Shown here: one piece after another, positions 10,665-20,659 of the stretch
Layout: each line of letters begins with the position of its first letter
Position numbering within the stretch: the stretch's first letter is position 1
Assembly: GCA_052035175.1 (NCBI GenBank)
Contig: JBPOHV010000001.1
Coordinates: 366,773 to 430,772, forward strand
Direction: 5' to 3'
Length of the DNA stretch: 64,000 nt
Source of the DNA: a candidate division WWE3 bacterium
Lineage (GTDB): Bacteria; Patescibacteriota; WWE3; UBA101185; UBA10185
Position numbers and translations under genes: made by a program
Notes under the pieces: model-generated
Databases searched by the model: none
Told to the model about the DNA's origin: nothing
Seen by the model: the letters and a program-made list of their open reading frames with translations, nothing else

Positions 10665-10913
10665 ATGTTTGCAGATTTATTAAATACACTGCAATTTTTA
10701 GGTCTTACACCAGAGAATCTTATACCATTACTATTAGTGTTTATTATAATGGATAGACGAATAGATAATAAGTTGACTATGCAGTTGGACACGATACGTC
10801 ACGACTTACGTGATATAAAAAATAAAATCAATATTTTAGAAAGGGCAGTCGTTGAGATTCAAGTTGTTCTAGTGAATGCAGGGCATAAATTGACTCAACT
10901 ATTGCATAGTTAA
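10665..10913 (+). CDS. Small protein with one hydrophobic segment plus a coiled coil
   Basis: TTGACT (10630)-N17-TATACT (10653) promoter with the ATG at 10665 6 nt downstream. Confidence 0.65.
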   Translation: MFADLLNTLQFLGLTPENLIPLLLVFIIMDRRIDNKLTMQLDTIRHDLRDIKNKINILERAVVEIQVVLVNAGHKLTQLLHS

Positions 10914-10914
10914 T

Positions 10915-12024
10915 TTGCGCTTAGCTATTGTTTGTGATGATCTTATTCAAAAAGGTGGGCAAGAACGCTTGGTTATAGAAGCTTGTAAGATTTGGTCTAA
11001 TCCTGTTTTATATACAAGCGTTGCATCTGAGTATTGGAAAGCCAAATGTAAAAATGAAGGAATAACTCTGAAAGTTTCATTTTTGCAAAAATTTCCATTT
11101 ATTCAAAACTTGTATAGGTATTATTCATTATTTCTATTACATGTACTTGCAATTGAATCTTTTGATTTATCCAAATACGATGTGGTTTTAAGTATTTCAT
11201 CTAGGTATGCACACCATGCAAAAACAAAGCCTGGTGCTGTACATATATGCTATATGAATTCTCCTGGACGCATGTTTTGGGAGCCTTTTACTTATTTTGA
11301 AAACGAGAAAGTCTTTCGTACTAATTTTGCAAAAAGTTTGTTGCACCCATTTTTGTCTTATTTTCGAATGATCGACTATATAGCTGCGCAGAAAGTTGAC
11401 TATTTTGTAGCTAATGCAAAAACACCTTATGCTCGTATAAAAAAGTATTACCACAGAGACGCAGCTATTATTTATCCTCCTGTTGATATTTCATCTGATG
11501 CGCTTGTTAACGCTAAATCTGAAAGGTATTTTTTGATCATAAGCAGGTTGGTTGCTTGGAAACATATAGATATAGCCATAGGTGCTTGCAATAAGCTTGG
11601 TATAAGGTTGAAAATTTTGGGTGATGGCCCTGATAAATCTCGGTTAATGAGTATGGCTGGTAAAACTATTGAATTTCTGGGTTATGTAAGTGATGAAAAA
11701 AAGTTTGAAATCGTATCAAAATGTAGTGCACTTATAAATACACAAGCTGAAGATTTTGGTTTGGTACCTGTTGAAGTTATGTCTCACGGAAAACCTGTTA
11801 TCGCTTATGCAAAAGGTGGTGCACTCGAAACAGTATTACCTGGTAAGACTGGAGATTTTTTTTATTCTCAAACAGTCGATGCATTAATAGCCTGTTTAAA
11901 AGATTTTGATGAGACGGCTTATTCACCAAGCGATTGTCGAGCTCAAGCAGAGATTTTTCACAAAAAAGTCTTTGTGTCTAAGCTAAAACGTTTCGTAGAA
12001 AAAAAAGTACTTTTTGAGCAATAA
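10915..12024 (+). CDS. Glycosyltransferase family 4 (WbaZ-like mannosyltransferase type)
   Basis: GGQER, IYPPVD, EDFGLVPVEVM, GGALETV. Confidence 0.9.
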   Translation: MRLAIVCDDLIQKGGQERLVIEACKIWSNPVLYTSVASEYWKAKCKNEGITLKVSFLQKFPFIQNLYRYYSLFLLHVLAIESFDLSKYDVVLSISSRYAHHAKTKPGAVHICYMNSPGRMFWEPFTYFENEKVFRTNFAKSLLHPFLSYFRMIDYIAAQKVDYFVANAKTPYARIKKYYHRDAAIIYPPVDISSDALVNAKSERYFLIISRLVAWKHIDIAIGACNKLGIRLKILGDGPDKSRLMSMAGKTIEFLGYVSDEKKFEIVSKCSALINTQAEDFGLVPVEVMSHGKPVIAYAKGGALETVLPGKTGDFFYSQTVDALIACLKDFDETAYSPSDCRAQAEIFHKKVFVSKLKRFVEKKVLFEQ

Positions 12025-12700
12025 GGTTGAGTATGATGTATACTTAGGGCAAATTTCTCTTGATATGAGTTTTTACGACTTGGGTAAAAGATTAATAGAT
12101 ATTTTGGGTGGTATTGTAGGACTTATTATTTTTGCGCCGTTTATGGCCCTCATAGCTTTTTGGATTAAACTTGTTTCACCAGAAGGTCCAGTTTTCGCAG
12201 ATATACCTTATAGAGTTGGTAAAGATGGTAATTTATTTAGAATGTATAAATTTCGATCTATGATTCCTAATGCACAGAATTGGCTTAATGAACATCCAGA
12301 ATGGCTTGAAAAATATAAAGCAAATAGTTATAAGCTTGATCCTGATCCTCGACTTATAAAAGGTGCAAAATTTATACGCAAAAGTAGTGTCGACGAGCTG
12401 CCTCAGTTTTTAAATGTTTTATTAGGTAATATGAGTTTGGTTGGTCCACGTGCATATATGGATTTTGAATTACAGCAACAATTAGAGAAGTTTCCTGATG
12501 CAAAAGCAAATGTTGATCTTTTAATACGCGTAAAACCAGGTATTACAGGTCCTTGGCAGGTAGGTGGGAGATCGGAGATTAGTTTTGTAGAGAGAGTAAA
12601 AATTGATGCAGACTATGCACAGCGCCGCTCTTTGTTGTATGACATTATGATACTGCTAAAAACCCCATTTGCTGTTTTATCGCAAAAAGGGTCGTATTAG
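12014..12700 (+). CDS. Priming undecaprenyl-phosphate sugar phosphotransferase (Bac_transf)
   Basis: KRLIDI, KFRSM, DPR, DELPQFLNVL, MSLVGPR, KPGITG. True start may be further downstream. Confidence 0.93.
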   Translation: MSNKVEYDVYLGQISLDMSFYDLGKRLIDILGGIVGLIIFAPFMALIAFWIKLVSPEGPVFADIPYRVGKDGNLFRMYKFRSMIPNAQNWLNEHPEWLEKYKANSYKLDPDPRLIKGAKFIRKSSVDELPQFLNVLLGNMSLVGPRAYMDFELQQQLEKFPDAKANVDLLIRVKPGITGPWQVGGRSEISFVERVKIDADYAQRRSLLYDIMILLKTPFAVLSQKGSY

Positions 12701-14702
12701 CCTTAAGGCGTATTTATGTAGTATATTAGATATTATGCAAAACGAACCAATAAAAAATAATTTTAATAAGGATTTGAATATGAAATTTAATAAAGATATA
12801 AACCTTAAGTCAAAACCAAATAATTTGGTAAAAGGCTTGGGCGTCACAGGAGTTATATTATTTGTACTTTTATTTGTTTTTGGTCTTGTTATGTATCAGT
12901 TTATTGTACGCCCAGCTTTTGCTTTGATGACGGTTACAAACGAGCTTAAAAAAGATTCACGAGATCTTGTAGATGCGTTTGGATCTAGAGATTTGGTTAG
13001 ACTTGGTGAAGTTATAGATGAAACTCAGTCAGATTTAGAAAAAGTCCGCCGTGAGCGCGATGCAAAGTTTGGTTGGGCAAAAGATGTAAAAGCTTTTAAA
13101 TTAAATGAATTTTATTCCGATTCTGATCGATTTATAAATGCAGGTAATTATGCTTTGGCAGTTATTACAGAAATGTCAAAAGTTATCACGCCTTTTGCAG
13201 ATGCAGCAGGTTTGAAAGTCGACCCAAGTCAAGCACCTCCGTCTACTGAGGGTGGGCTTATGGAAGCATTTCAAACTTGGGTTTCTTTGATGCCTCAAGT
13301 AGCAAATAATATGGATGGCGTTATAGCACTTGTTCAGAAGGTTGGCGAAGAGCTAGAGCCAGTAAATGTTGATAAATATCCAAAAGAGTTTCGTGGCATT
13401 CGCGTACGTGAGAATATCTCTTTGGCAAAAAATGTGTTGACTCAGTCAAAAGATTACGCTCCTGATATAAAACAAGCTTTGACAATTGTTCCAGAACTTT
13501 TGGGTGTAGGTTCTACACAAGATAAACGTTATCTGATAATTTTCCAAAATGATAAAGAAATACGCCCAACAGGTGGTTTTTGGACTTATTTCGCAACATT
13601 TAAATTAAGAAACGGTTTGTTGCAATCTGACTTCACTTCATACAATTTTTATACTCTTGATGAGATTATAAATATTATTGACGCAACCTATGATTTCCCC
13701 GATGCACCAAAAGCATATGCTAAATATCTAAAAGTTGAGCGTTGGTTTGCGAGAGATTCAAATTCTTCTCCAGATCTACCAACTTCACTTGAAAATTTGT
13801 CATTTTATTATAATTTAGCTGCAAAGCTTGACCCTGCTACTATAAAACCAGTTGATGGCATCATTACTATCGATACGACAGTTTTACGAGAATTGTTGGA
13901 AATCACTGGCCCTGCAACTGTTAATGGTGTGACGTACACTAGTGAAAATGCAGTCTTGGAACTCGAAAAGATTGCTTCTTTAGCTTTGGCAGAGCAGGCA
14001 AACCGCAAGAGAGTTTTGGGAGACTTGATGGAATCAATGTTGATCAATGTTTTTGAGTCAGACAAAAACCTTTGGTCAAAAATCATAGAAAAGGGTGTAG
14101 ATTTGGCGGCACGCAAACATATTACAGGCTATAGCTACGATATTAATGCTCAAAAGCTCTTGGAGAAATATAATTTGGCAGGTCGCATTTGGGATACTGT
14201 TCCTGGTGACTATTCTATGGTTGTACAAACAAACCTTGGTGGCGATAAAACGAACTGGTTTGTTACTAAACAAGTCGATCATTCATTGGATCAAAAAGAT
14301 GGTAAGTGGATGGATACAGTTAAGATTACGTATAACTATAAACAACCTTCTGCAGACTTTGGGCCTTTTATAAAAAGATTTAGAGATTGGGTCAGAGTTT
14401 ATGCTCCAGCCAATTCACAATTGATTTCGGTTGAAGGTTCTGAAGATACTGAAGTTAATATGCAGGATCAAGAACGAAACAAAGTTTGGTTTTCAGGCTA
14501 TTTAGAATTGGGTCCAGATGAAACTAAATCTATTACTTTCAAGTACTATTTACCAGATGGCATCATCAAAGATGACAAATATTTGTTGGCTTTACAAAAG
14601 CAATCTGGCATTCTTGAAGAAAAGCATACTATTAGTATAAACGGTAAACTAGTAAAAGAACTGATGTTATCAAAAGATACTAATGTATCGATCGATTTGT
14701 GA
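12669..14702 (+). CDS. DUF4012-type membrane-anchored extracellular protein
   Basis: YLIIFQNDKEIRPTGGF, RDSN.SPD, N.GG.K.N and QKQSG motifs. One N-terminal TM. Start is probably downstream of 12669. Confidence 0.8.
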   Translation: MLFYRKKGRISLKAYLCSILDIMQNEPIKNNFNKDLNMKFNKDINLKSKPNNLVKGLGVTGVILFVLLFVFGLVMYQFIVRPAFALMTVTNELKKDSRDLVDAFGSRDLVRLGEVIDETQSDLEKVRRERDAKFGWAKDVKAFKLNEFYSDSDRFINAGNYALAVITEMSKVITPFADAAGLKVDPSQAPPSTEGGLMEAFQTWVSLMPQVANNMDGVIALVQKVGEELEPVNVDKYPKEFRGIRVRENISLAKNVLTQSKDYAPDIKQALTIVPELLGVGSTQDKRYLIIFQNDKEIRPTGGFWTYFATFKLRNGLLQSDFTSYNFYTLDEIINIIDATYDFPDAPKAYAKYLKVERWFARDSNSSPDLPTSLENLSFYYNLAAKLDPATIKPVDGIITIDTTVLRELLEITGPATVNGVTYTSENAVLELEKIASLALAEQANRKRVLGDLMESMLINVFESDKNLWSKIIEKGVDLAARKHITGYSYDINAQKLLEKYNLAGRIWDTVPGDYSMVVQTNLGGDKTNWFVTKQVDHSLDQKDGKWMDTVKITYNYKQPSADFGPFIKRFRDWVRVYAPANSQLISVEGSEDTEVNMQDQERNKVWFSGYLELGPDETKSITFKYYLPDGIIKDDKYLLALQKQSGILEEKHTISINGKLVKELMLSKDTNVSIDL

Positions 14703-15325
14703 ATAAGAAAAAAACTGAAGCTATAGTTTTGAAGCATTCTAATTATAGCGATCTCGACCAAATATACACATTGTTTACAAAAGATTTTGGCCTTGTTAGG
14801 TGCCGTGCTTTTGGTGTACGTAAAATTACCTCAAAACGAGTCGGTAGTCTTGATACATTAAATTTGATTTCAATCTCTTATACAGAAAAAAATGGGTTTA
14901 ATACGGTAGATGAGGTATTGGTGCTAGATACATTTGCAGAAATTAAATCAAATCAAGACAAGATCTTTAAATCGTATTATTTAGTTGAACTTATACTCAA
15001 AGCTTTACAAGAAGAACACCCAGAACCAGTTATTTATGCTTTATTTAAAAAAATGTTACTTGGTGTAGCAAAATACGAAGATTTTGATGTATATATAAGC
15101 TTTTTTGAAATAAGGCTTTTGACAGAATTGGGTTACGATTTGCCATTGGACGACCCGCAAAAATTACAAACCACACCTCAAGTTTTGGACATTTTGCGAT
15201 CGTTGTATGCTGGCAAAATGACGAAAGAAGCTTATAAGGCACATAAACCTGAGATTGATAGAATTATAAAGTCTTTTGTAAAGCTGAATGTTTCTCCATG
15301 GTTTAAATCTTTATCTTTAGTGTAA
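14699..15325 (+). CDS. recO: DNA repair protein RecO
   Basis: EAIVLK…YSDLD…LFTKDFG…AFGVRK and FEIRLL.ELGY. Confidence 0.9.
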   Translation: MNKKKTEAIVLKHSNYSDLDQIYTLFTKDFGLVRCRAFGVRKITSKRVGSLDTLNLISISYTEKNGFNTVDEVLVLDTFAEIKSNQDKIFKSYYLVELILKALQEEHPEPVIYALFKKMLLGVAKYEDFDVYISFFEIRLLTELGYDLPLDDPQKLQTTPQVLDILRSLYAGKMTKEAYKAHKPEIDRIIKSFVKLNVSPWFKSLSLV

Positions 15326-15345
15326 AAAGTGAAACAATAGTTTAC

Positions 15346-16797
15346 ATGAGAATGCCTGTTATTAATAAAATAAAAAAACCTTATTTGTTTTTGAGCACCT
15401 TTTTATTACTACTTATATTTCTGGGTGTGTATTTGATCTTACCTGATCAAGTAAATATGTTAATGGCCAATCGTTATGAAGGCTATACCAAGATTGGTAA
15501 TGTCCAAATGCCTATTCTTGTTGAACGTAAAAACTATTTAGAAACTACAGAAGGTGAGTTAGTGCTTGCATCTTATGAATACACTTATACAGGCACACGA
15601 CCAACCCGCCCAAATCTCAAAGTTGTAATACCACAAAAGCTAGCTATTAGTAGACATGGAGATTATGGCATTTTAAGCGATACTTCAAATATATGGATGT
15701 ATAACTATTCTACAAAAGAAAAATCCTTGCTCGCTTTTCCAACCAATCTAAAGGTATACGATAATGTATTACGCATTACTTCATCTAAACTATCTGATTC
15801 ATCGGCGTTAGTTGTTTTTGAAGGTCCATATAATGCAGAGCGTACAGGCTCGCTATATGAGGGTTATGTTTTGGATTTTTCAACAAAACAATTTACAAGC
15901 TTATCAAGTATTGATTGTCCTGGTATTTACTGCTTACCTTCTGCAATGCCTTTAAATGATCAATATGCAATACTTAAGCGTGGTTATGGCGATGGTTGTG
16001 GGGGTGGGGGATCTTTGGCTTTGTTCAATTTGAAGACTTACCAAGAAACTTTTATCACAGATTATGATAATTCTTGTGTTTCTACTGATAGTGCTTTTGT
16101 AGACATTTTTAACGGCAAGTTACTGATGAACACAACAAAATTTATTGCGATGAGTGAATATGATGGTGAAGATAAACTTTCCAGTATTTATAGTCTCGAC
16201 CCATTTACCAAAGAAAAACAAGTACTTTTGACTGACGATCAAATTCCTGCGGATGCTAGGTCAATTAGAGTGGTTGACAACACTACTCTTATATTAAATA
16301 AATCGTATTCTGATGAGTACTATGTATACGATACGGCTGTTGGCAGTCTGATAGAAACTACATTTGCTAAAACTCCATATCAGACTTCAGAAATGCAGGC
16401 GCCATACCTTACATTGGATACAGATATAGAGCTTGGTGAGTTTGTTGGTGCCGAAAAACTTACAAGAGGTCAAGCTGGTCACGATGGTATAAAGCTGAAA
16501 TATTCTAGCAATAAAGAAATAGAGTATATATCACCAGATCGTTGGTCAGAAATGTATTTAACACAAAATCCAGTACCTGAAGCACTCAAAGAATGTGGTT
16601 TTTATTCTTTTTATTTCTCAAATGTTCAGTTTGAAAAGAATAGTATTAGTTGGGTGGTAAAGCCATTATTCAACACTAGCCGGTTGAAGGTAGGTTGTAG
16701 TGCTCCTCAGTATGACTTTTTGTCAGTTATAGCAGATTTGAACACTGGGGATGTTTATTATAAGGTAGGTCATCCCAAAGCTAAGACTGTAAATTAG
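15346..16797 (+). CDS. Hypothetical membrane-anchored extracellular beta-rich protein
   Basis: N-terminal TM, beta-strand-rich body, paired Cys residues. Confidence 0.7.
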   Translation: MRMPVINKIKKPYLFLSTFLLLLIFLGVYLILPDQVNMLMANRYEGYTKIGNVQMPILVERKNYLETTEGELVLASYEYTYTGTRPTRPNLKVVIPQKLAISRHGDYGILSDTSNIWMYNYSTKEKSLLAFPTNLKVYDNVLRITSSKLSDSSALVVFEGPYNAERTGSLYEGYVLDFSTKQFTSLSSIDCPGIYCLPSAMPLNDQYAILKRGYGDGCGGGGSLALFNLKTYQETFITDYDNSCVSTDSAFVDIFNGKLLMNTTKFIAMSEYDGEDKLSSIYSLDPFTKEKQVLLTDDQIPADARSIRVVDNTTLILNKSYSDEYYVYDTAVGSLIETTFAKTPYQTSEMQAPYLTLDTDIELGEFVGAEKLTRGQAGHDGIKLKYSSNKEIEYISPDRWSEMYLTQNPVPEALKECGFYSFYFSNVQFEKNSISWVVKPLFNTSRLKVGCSAPQYDFLSVIADLNTGDVYYKVGHPKAKTVN

Positions 16798-16822
16798 GCT
16801 TTTTCCGTTGTATACTCGTTTT

Positions 16823-18190
16823 ATGTCGCCCGATAAGCAACAAAAGATAATATCCTTGGCCAAACGCAGAGGGTTTGTATTTCCTTCTAGTGAGATTTAT
16901 GGTGGGTTGGCGAATACTTATGATTTTGGGCCTTTGGGTTCACTTTTGACTAAAAATATTCAAGCTTCTTGGTGGAGGTTTTTTGTCACTAAAAGAAAAA
17001 ATATCCATGGTATGGATTCGAGCATTTTGATGAGTCCAAAAGTATGGGAGGCTTCTGGTCATACCGTACGTTTTAACGATGCGCTTATAGATTGTAAATC
17101 TTGTAAGTTAAGAACACGCGCAGACCATTTAATAGAAGATAATCTCCAAAACATCAAAGTCGAAGGCCAAAGCATGGAAGCTTTGGAAAAGATTATTTTT
17201 GACAACAAGCTCAAATGTCCAAATTGTGGAGAAATCAACTGGACAAAGCCTCGCAAATTCAATCTTTTATTCGAAACAAATATAGGTATTGTCGAAGATT
17301 CTCAATCTTTAGCTTATTTACGTGGTGAGATTGCTCAAGGCATGTTTGTTAACTTTAAAAATGTTCTCGACAGCATGAGACCAAGATTGCCGTTTGGGTT
17401 AGCTCAATCTGGTAAAGCTTTTAGAAATGAAATAACAAAAGGCAATTTTATTTTTAGAGTTTTAGAATTTTATTTGGCTGAGTTTGAATATTTTATAGAT
17501 CCAGAAAAGCAAAATTGGGAAGAAGTATTTGAATATTGGAAAAAAGAAATGCATGCTTGGGCATTAAGCTTGGGTCTTGATGAAAAGGCGTTATCTTGGA
17601 GAACCCACACAGATGATGAAAGATCGCATTATTCAACTCGGACCGAAGATTTGGAATACGAATTCCCTTTTGGACGAAAAGAGCTTTTTGGTTTGGCTTA
17701 TCGCACAGATTTTGATTTAAAGAATCATACAGAAAAATCAGGCGTCGATCTAAGATATACTGACCCAGATGATCCTACAAGAAAATTTATCCCATATGTT
17801 ATCGAACCAACTTTTGGTATCAACCGAGTAGTACTTGCTGTGCTTGCACAATCTTTTACTGAGGGTGATGACAGGATCTACTTAAAATTACCCAAGGATT
17901 TAGCTCCTTATAAAGTTGCGGTATTTCCTTTGGTAAGAAATAAAGAAGAATTAGTAAAAAAGGCAGATGAAGTTTATTCTGCTTTATTAGAGAAGGGGGT
18001 AAGCACTGCTTGGGATGATCGAGGAAATATTGGTAAGCGTTATTTCGCTCAAGATGAAATAGGTACTCCTTATTGCGTGACTGTCGATTATCAAACGTTG
18101 GAAGATGGGACTGTAACTATCAGAGACCGCGATACTATGAAGCAAGACAGAATTAAGATTGAAGAGATTAGTTCGATTGTTAGCAATTAA
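16823..18190 (+). CDS. glyQS: Glycine--tRNA ligase (homodimeric, eukaryote-type)
   Basis: KRRGF, DFGPLG, WEASGH, FRNEI, IEPTFG and GKRY..QDEIGTP motifs. TATACT lies 6 nt before the ATG at 16823. Confidence 0.96.
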   Translation: MSPDKQQKIISLAKRRGFVFPSSEIYGGLANTYDFGPLGSLLTKNIQASWWRFFVTKRKNIHGMDSSILMSPKVWEASGHTVRFNDALIDCKSCKLRTRADHLIEDNLQNIKVEGQSMEALEKIIFDNKLKCPNCGEINWTKPRKFNLLFETNIGIVEDSQSLAYLRGEIAQGMFVNFKNVLDSMRPRLPFGLAQSGKAFRNEITKGNFIFRVLEFYLAEFEYFIDPEKQNWEEVFEYWKKEMHAWALSLGLDEKALSWRTHTDDERSHYSTRTEDLEYEFPFGRKELFGLAYRTDFDLKNHTEKSGVDLRYTDPDDPTRKFIPYVIEPTFGINRVVLAVLAQSFTEGDDRIYLKLPKDLAPYKVAVFPLVRNKEELVKKADEVYSALLEKGVSTAWDDRGNIGKRYFAQDEIGTPYCVTVDYQTLEDGTVTIRDRDTMKQDRIKIEEISSIVSN

Positions 18191-19149
18191 GATTTTATGT
18201 CTCTTTTGAACTTTACAGTTGGTAGTTTTTGTTCCTTCTCTGGTTTAGCAAAATTTGGTTTTCGCAAATCACCCATCATTATGTCATCTGCTAACCCCTT
18301 CAGATCTAAAGAAAGAGCTTTGGCTTCTGCTTCTTCCTCAGATAGGCAGATATTTGCTGATGATAGAACTTTAAATTGCTTTTTACCCAATATGTCGTAC
18401 AACACTTTGAGCGCTTTTAAATCACCTGTAAGCATGCCTATTTGTAATTCTTTGAGTTGATCCATATATGAAACATTTCGAATAGCAGCGACTTTAGATA
18501 TTATCTTGTCTATTATGTAGCACTCGTGTTTATAACCTATTCCTGTAAGCACTTCTAAATCTGCTAGATTTTTGTATTTATGAGCATACTTTACTATCAT
18601 TGCGTGGTTGCTTATTTCTGTTAAAGCTTCGTTAAGAGCTTTAAAAGAACTTGTCGGCGTTTTATACCCAGCTCTTTCTTCTACAGGGTTGTATAGCGTT
18701 TGAGAAGGTGATCTATGTAATCCCACTTGTTTATACGCTGACTTGTGTACCATTTCATGATTAAGTCTAATTTTCTCTTTTGGTGTCAACTTGCTATGCA
18801 TTTTTTTAGCTAAAAATAATTGACCTTTATATGGGTTAATCCCAGCTGAGCATTGTCCACCTTCAACGTTATGTTTTTCAAAAGTTTTCATTGGCAAGAA
18901 ATGGGTTCGTGCAATCGTATCTTTGAGCCTGTTTGCAACTAGAGCTTCGAGTCCTAAATCAGCAGCCCATTCTAGTTGCATACTCACTAAATCTTTAATT
19001 ACTTCTATATCGTTTTCTTGTTTTTCTATTTCGCCATCAAAGCTTTCTTCGTAGTTAATTCTAACCTTAGTGCCTTCAGGTGTCCTTGGCGTGCCATACT
19101 CTCGTATTAGAAATCTAACATCTACTAGAGGTTCTTGTGTTTCAATCAT
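18187..19149 (-). CDS. Hypothetical protein with zinc-metallopeptidase-like motif
   Basis: HEMVH (HExxH) followed by LNEALTE (gluzincin-like third ligand). Confidence 0.6.
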   Translation of the reverse strand: MIETQEPLVDVRFLIREYGTPRTPEGTKVRINYEESFDGEIEKQENDIEVIKDLVSMQLEWAADLGLEALVANRLKDTIARTHFLPMKTFEKHNVEGGQCSAGINPYKGQLFLAKKMHSKLTPKEKIRLNHEMVHKSAYKQVGLHRSPSQTLYNPVEERAGYKTPTSSFKALNEALTEISNHAMIVKYAHKYKNLADLEVLTGIGYKHECYIIDKIISKVAAIRNVSYMDQLKELQIGMLTGDLKALKVLYDILGKKQFKVLSSANICLSEEEAEAKALSLDLKGLADDIMMGDLRKPNFAKPEKEQKLPTVKFKRDIKS

Positions 19150-19173
19150 TTCTTTTATTATACATAGATTTTT

Positions 19174-19196
19174 AGGGCTAAGCCCGGCTTAGCCTT
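19174..19196. repeat. Palindromic repeat family B (GGGCTAAGCC-N-GGCTTAGCCC), copy 1
   Basis: AGGGCTAAGCC-C-GGCTTAGCCTT. Confidence 0.8.
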
Positions 19197-19204
19197 TTTG
19201 TTTG

Positions 19205-19786
19205 TTAATGTTTTCGAGCTATAAAGTTATAAAAATGCCAGTGTTTATCTTCGCCACTAGCAGTTGATCCATCAAACTCACGTTCGGTTAGCTTTATTAT
19301 ATGCAGTGGCTCCAACAAACTTTCTGCTCTTTCGCGTGTAACAAATGTCAACTCTGTATCTTTTCTGTTCCACGAAGCATTTACACCAAAAAATTGACCC
19401 GTAAAAACACCCTGAGGTTTTAGTGCTAGTTGTATATTAGCTATCAACGCATCAAAGTTATCTGGTTTTTCAAATGGTAAAGACCATTGGGCTGTCACTA
19501 AATCGAATGTGTTTGGTGTGAATTCAAATTCGTCAAATTTTCTTTGAAATACAAGCAATCTTGCGTCTTGAATTTGTGTTTTATACTTTATAATTATTGG
19601 GTTTTTCTCGACTGCGCATACTAAATTGAAACCGCTATCTAGTAAATACTTAGAATCTCTTAGTGTTCCAGCGCCAAGATCCAAGGCAGTATCGCGTACT
19701 TTTACATAATTTACTGCTTCAACTAAAAGCTTGTTTGGTGGTTCTTGTTCTGTTTTTTCATAATATTCATTTGGTGTTATTGCCAT
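19205..19786 (-). CDS. Class I SAM-dependent methyltransferase (TehB-like)
   Basis: ALDLGAG, FDLVTA..SLPF, G.FFG, KHWH. Confidence 0.85.
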   Translation of the reverse strand: MAITPNEYYEKTEQEPPNKLLVEAVNYVKVRDTALDLGAGTLRDSKYLLDSGFNLVCAVEKNPIIIKYKTQIQDARLLVFQRKFDEFEFTPNTFDLVTAQWSLPFEKPDNFDALIANIQLALKPQGVFTGQFFGVNASWNRKDTELTFVTRERAESLLEPLHIIKLTEREFDGSTASGEDKHWHFYNFIARKH

Positions 19787-19795
19787 GTTTTTTAA

Positions 19796-19818
19796 AAGGC
19801 TAAGCCGGGCCTAGCCCT
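19796..19818. repeat. Palindromic repeat family B, copy 2 (inverted relative to copy 1)
   Basis: AAGGCTAAGCC-G-GGCCTAGCCCT, one mismatch to the reverse complement of copy 1. Confidence 0.8.
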
Positions 19819-20122
19819 TATACCGATACTTCTCGATATCAATATTAAAATCTTCATCTACGATTATACCTTCTTCAAGAAGTCTTTCTTTTTGGTCTAG
19901 TGCGTTATAGTGTGAACCTTTGATGCTTATGCGTCCGGAATTATTTATTATTCTCCACCAAGGTACTTCGGTTTTACCTTCTAGTTTGTTTAATATCCAC
20001 CCAACTTGGCGCGCAGCACGAGGTGAGTCTGCCAATAACGCAACTTGCCCATAGCTAGCGACTGTGCCAAAGGGAATTGAATTTACTATTTGAATTACTT
20101 TTTGTTTAAACGAAATCTGCAT
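19811..20122 (-). CDS. Alkyltransferase-like protein (ATL/MGMT family)
   Basis: SYGQVA, RAARQVG, and PWWR in place of the catalytic PCHR. Confidence 0.9.
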   Translation of the reverse strand: MQISFKQKVIQIVNSIPFGTVASYGQVALLADSPRAARQVGWILNKLEGKTEVPWWRIINNSGRISIKGSHYNALDQKERLLEEGIIVDEDFNIDIEKYRYKG

Positions 20123-20175
20123 GATTAATTATATCCCACAACCGCAATACATTCGGGTTTTGTTTGTCTTGACTG

Positions 20176-20220
20176 TGGAACTCAAATGGTAGATATTGGA
20201 TATTACATGGTGACTATTGG
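20176..20220 (+). promoter_or_regulatory. Putative MraZ operator (periodic TGG repeats)
   Basis: TGG at 20176, 20187, 20197, 20208 and 20218 (10-11 bp period) directly upstream of mraZ. MraZ is known to bind periodic TGG-containing repeats. Confidence 0.6.
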
Positions 20221-20245
20221 TGAAATTTTAGTAGGGCAATAAAAT

Positions 20246-20656
20246 ATGAAAATGTTTTTGGGGGAATATAACCCAAATATTACAGAAGGCTCGCGAATAG
20301 CCCTACCAAAAAAAATCAGAGAGCAGGTCAGTGGTGATGTAGTCATTATGTCTAAAGGCTTTGAAAAGTGTATACACATCTACGATCGAGAAGATTGGAC
20401 AGTGCAAGCACAAAAGCAAATTGAAAATTTAAAAAACACGAGCAAAGTAAGCGATCTAGAAAGGTATTTATTTGCTTCAGCCGTAGAGGTAGCAATAGAC
20501 GCGCAAGGTAGAGTAGTCGTACCTCAACAGTTACTCGATTATGCTGGCGCAAAAAAGAATCTTGCTGTTGTTGGTGTAGGTGATCGCGTTGAAGTTTGGG
20601 ATAAAGAAACATGGTCAGCTTACTACGAAAAAATTTCTGCCAAATTGTCGGAATAG
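20246..20656 (+). CDS. mraZ: Division/cell-wall cluster repressor MraZ
   Basis: MFLGEY, DAQGRVVVP, GVGDRVEVW; located upstream of rsmH. Confidence 0.95.
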   Translation: MKMFLGEYNPNITEGSRIALPKKIREQVSGDVVIMSKGFEKCIHIYDREDWTVQAQKQIENLKNTSKVSDLERYLFASAVEVAIDAQGRVVVPQQLLDYAGAKKNLAVVGVGDRVEVWDKETWSAYYEKISAKLSE

Positions 20657-20659
20657 CTT

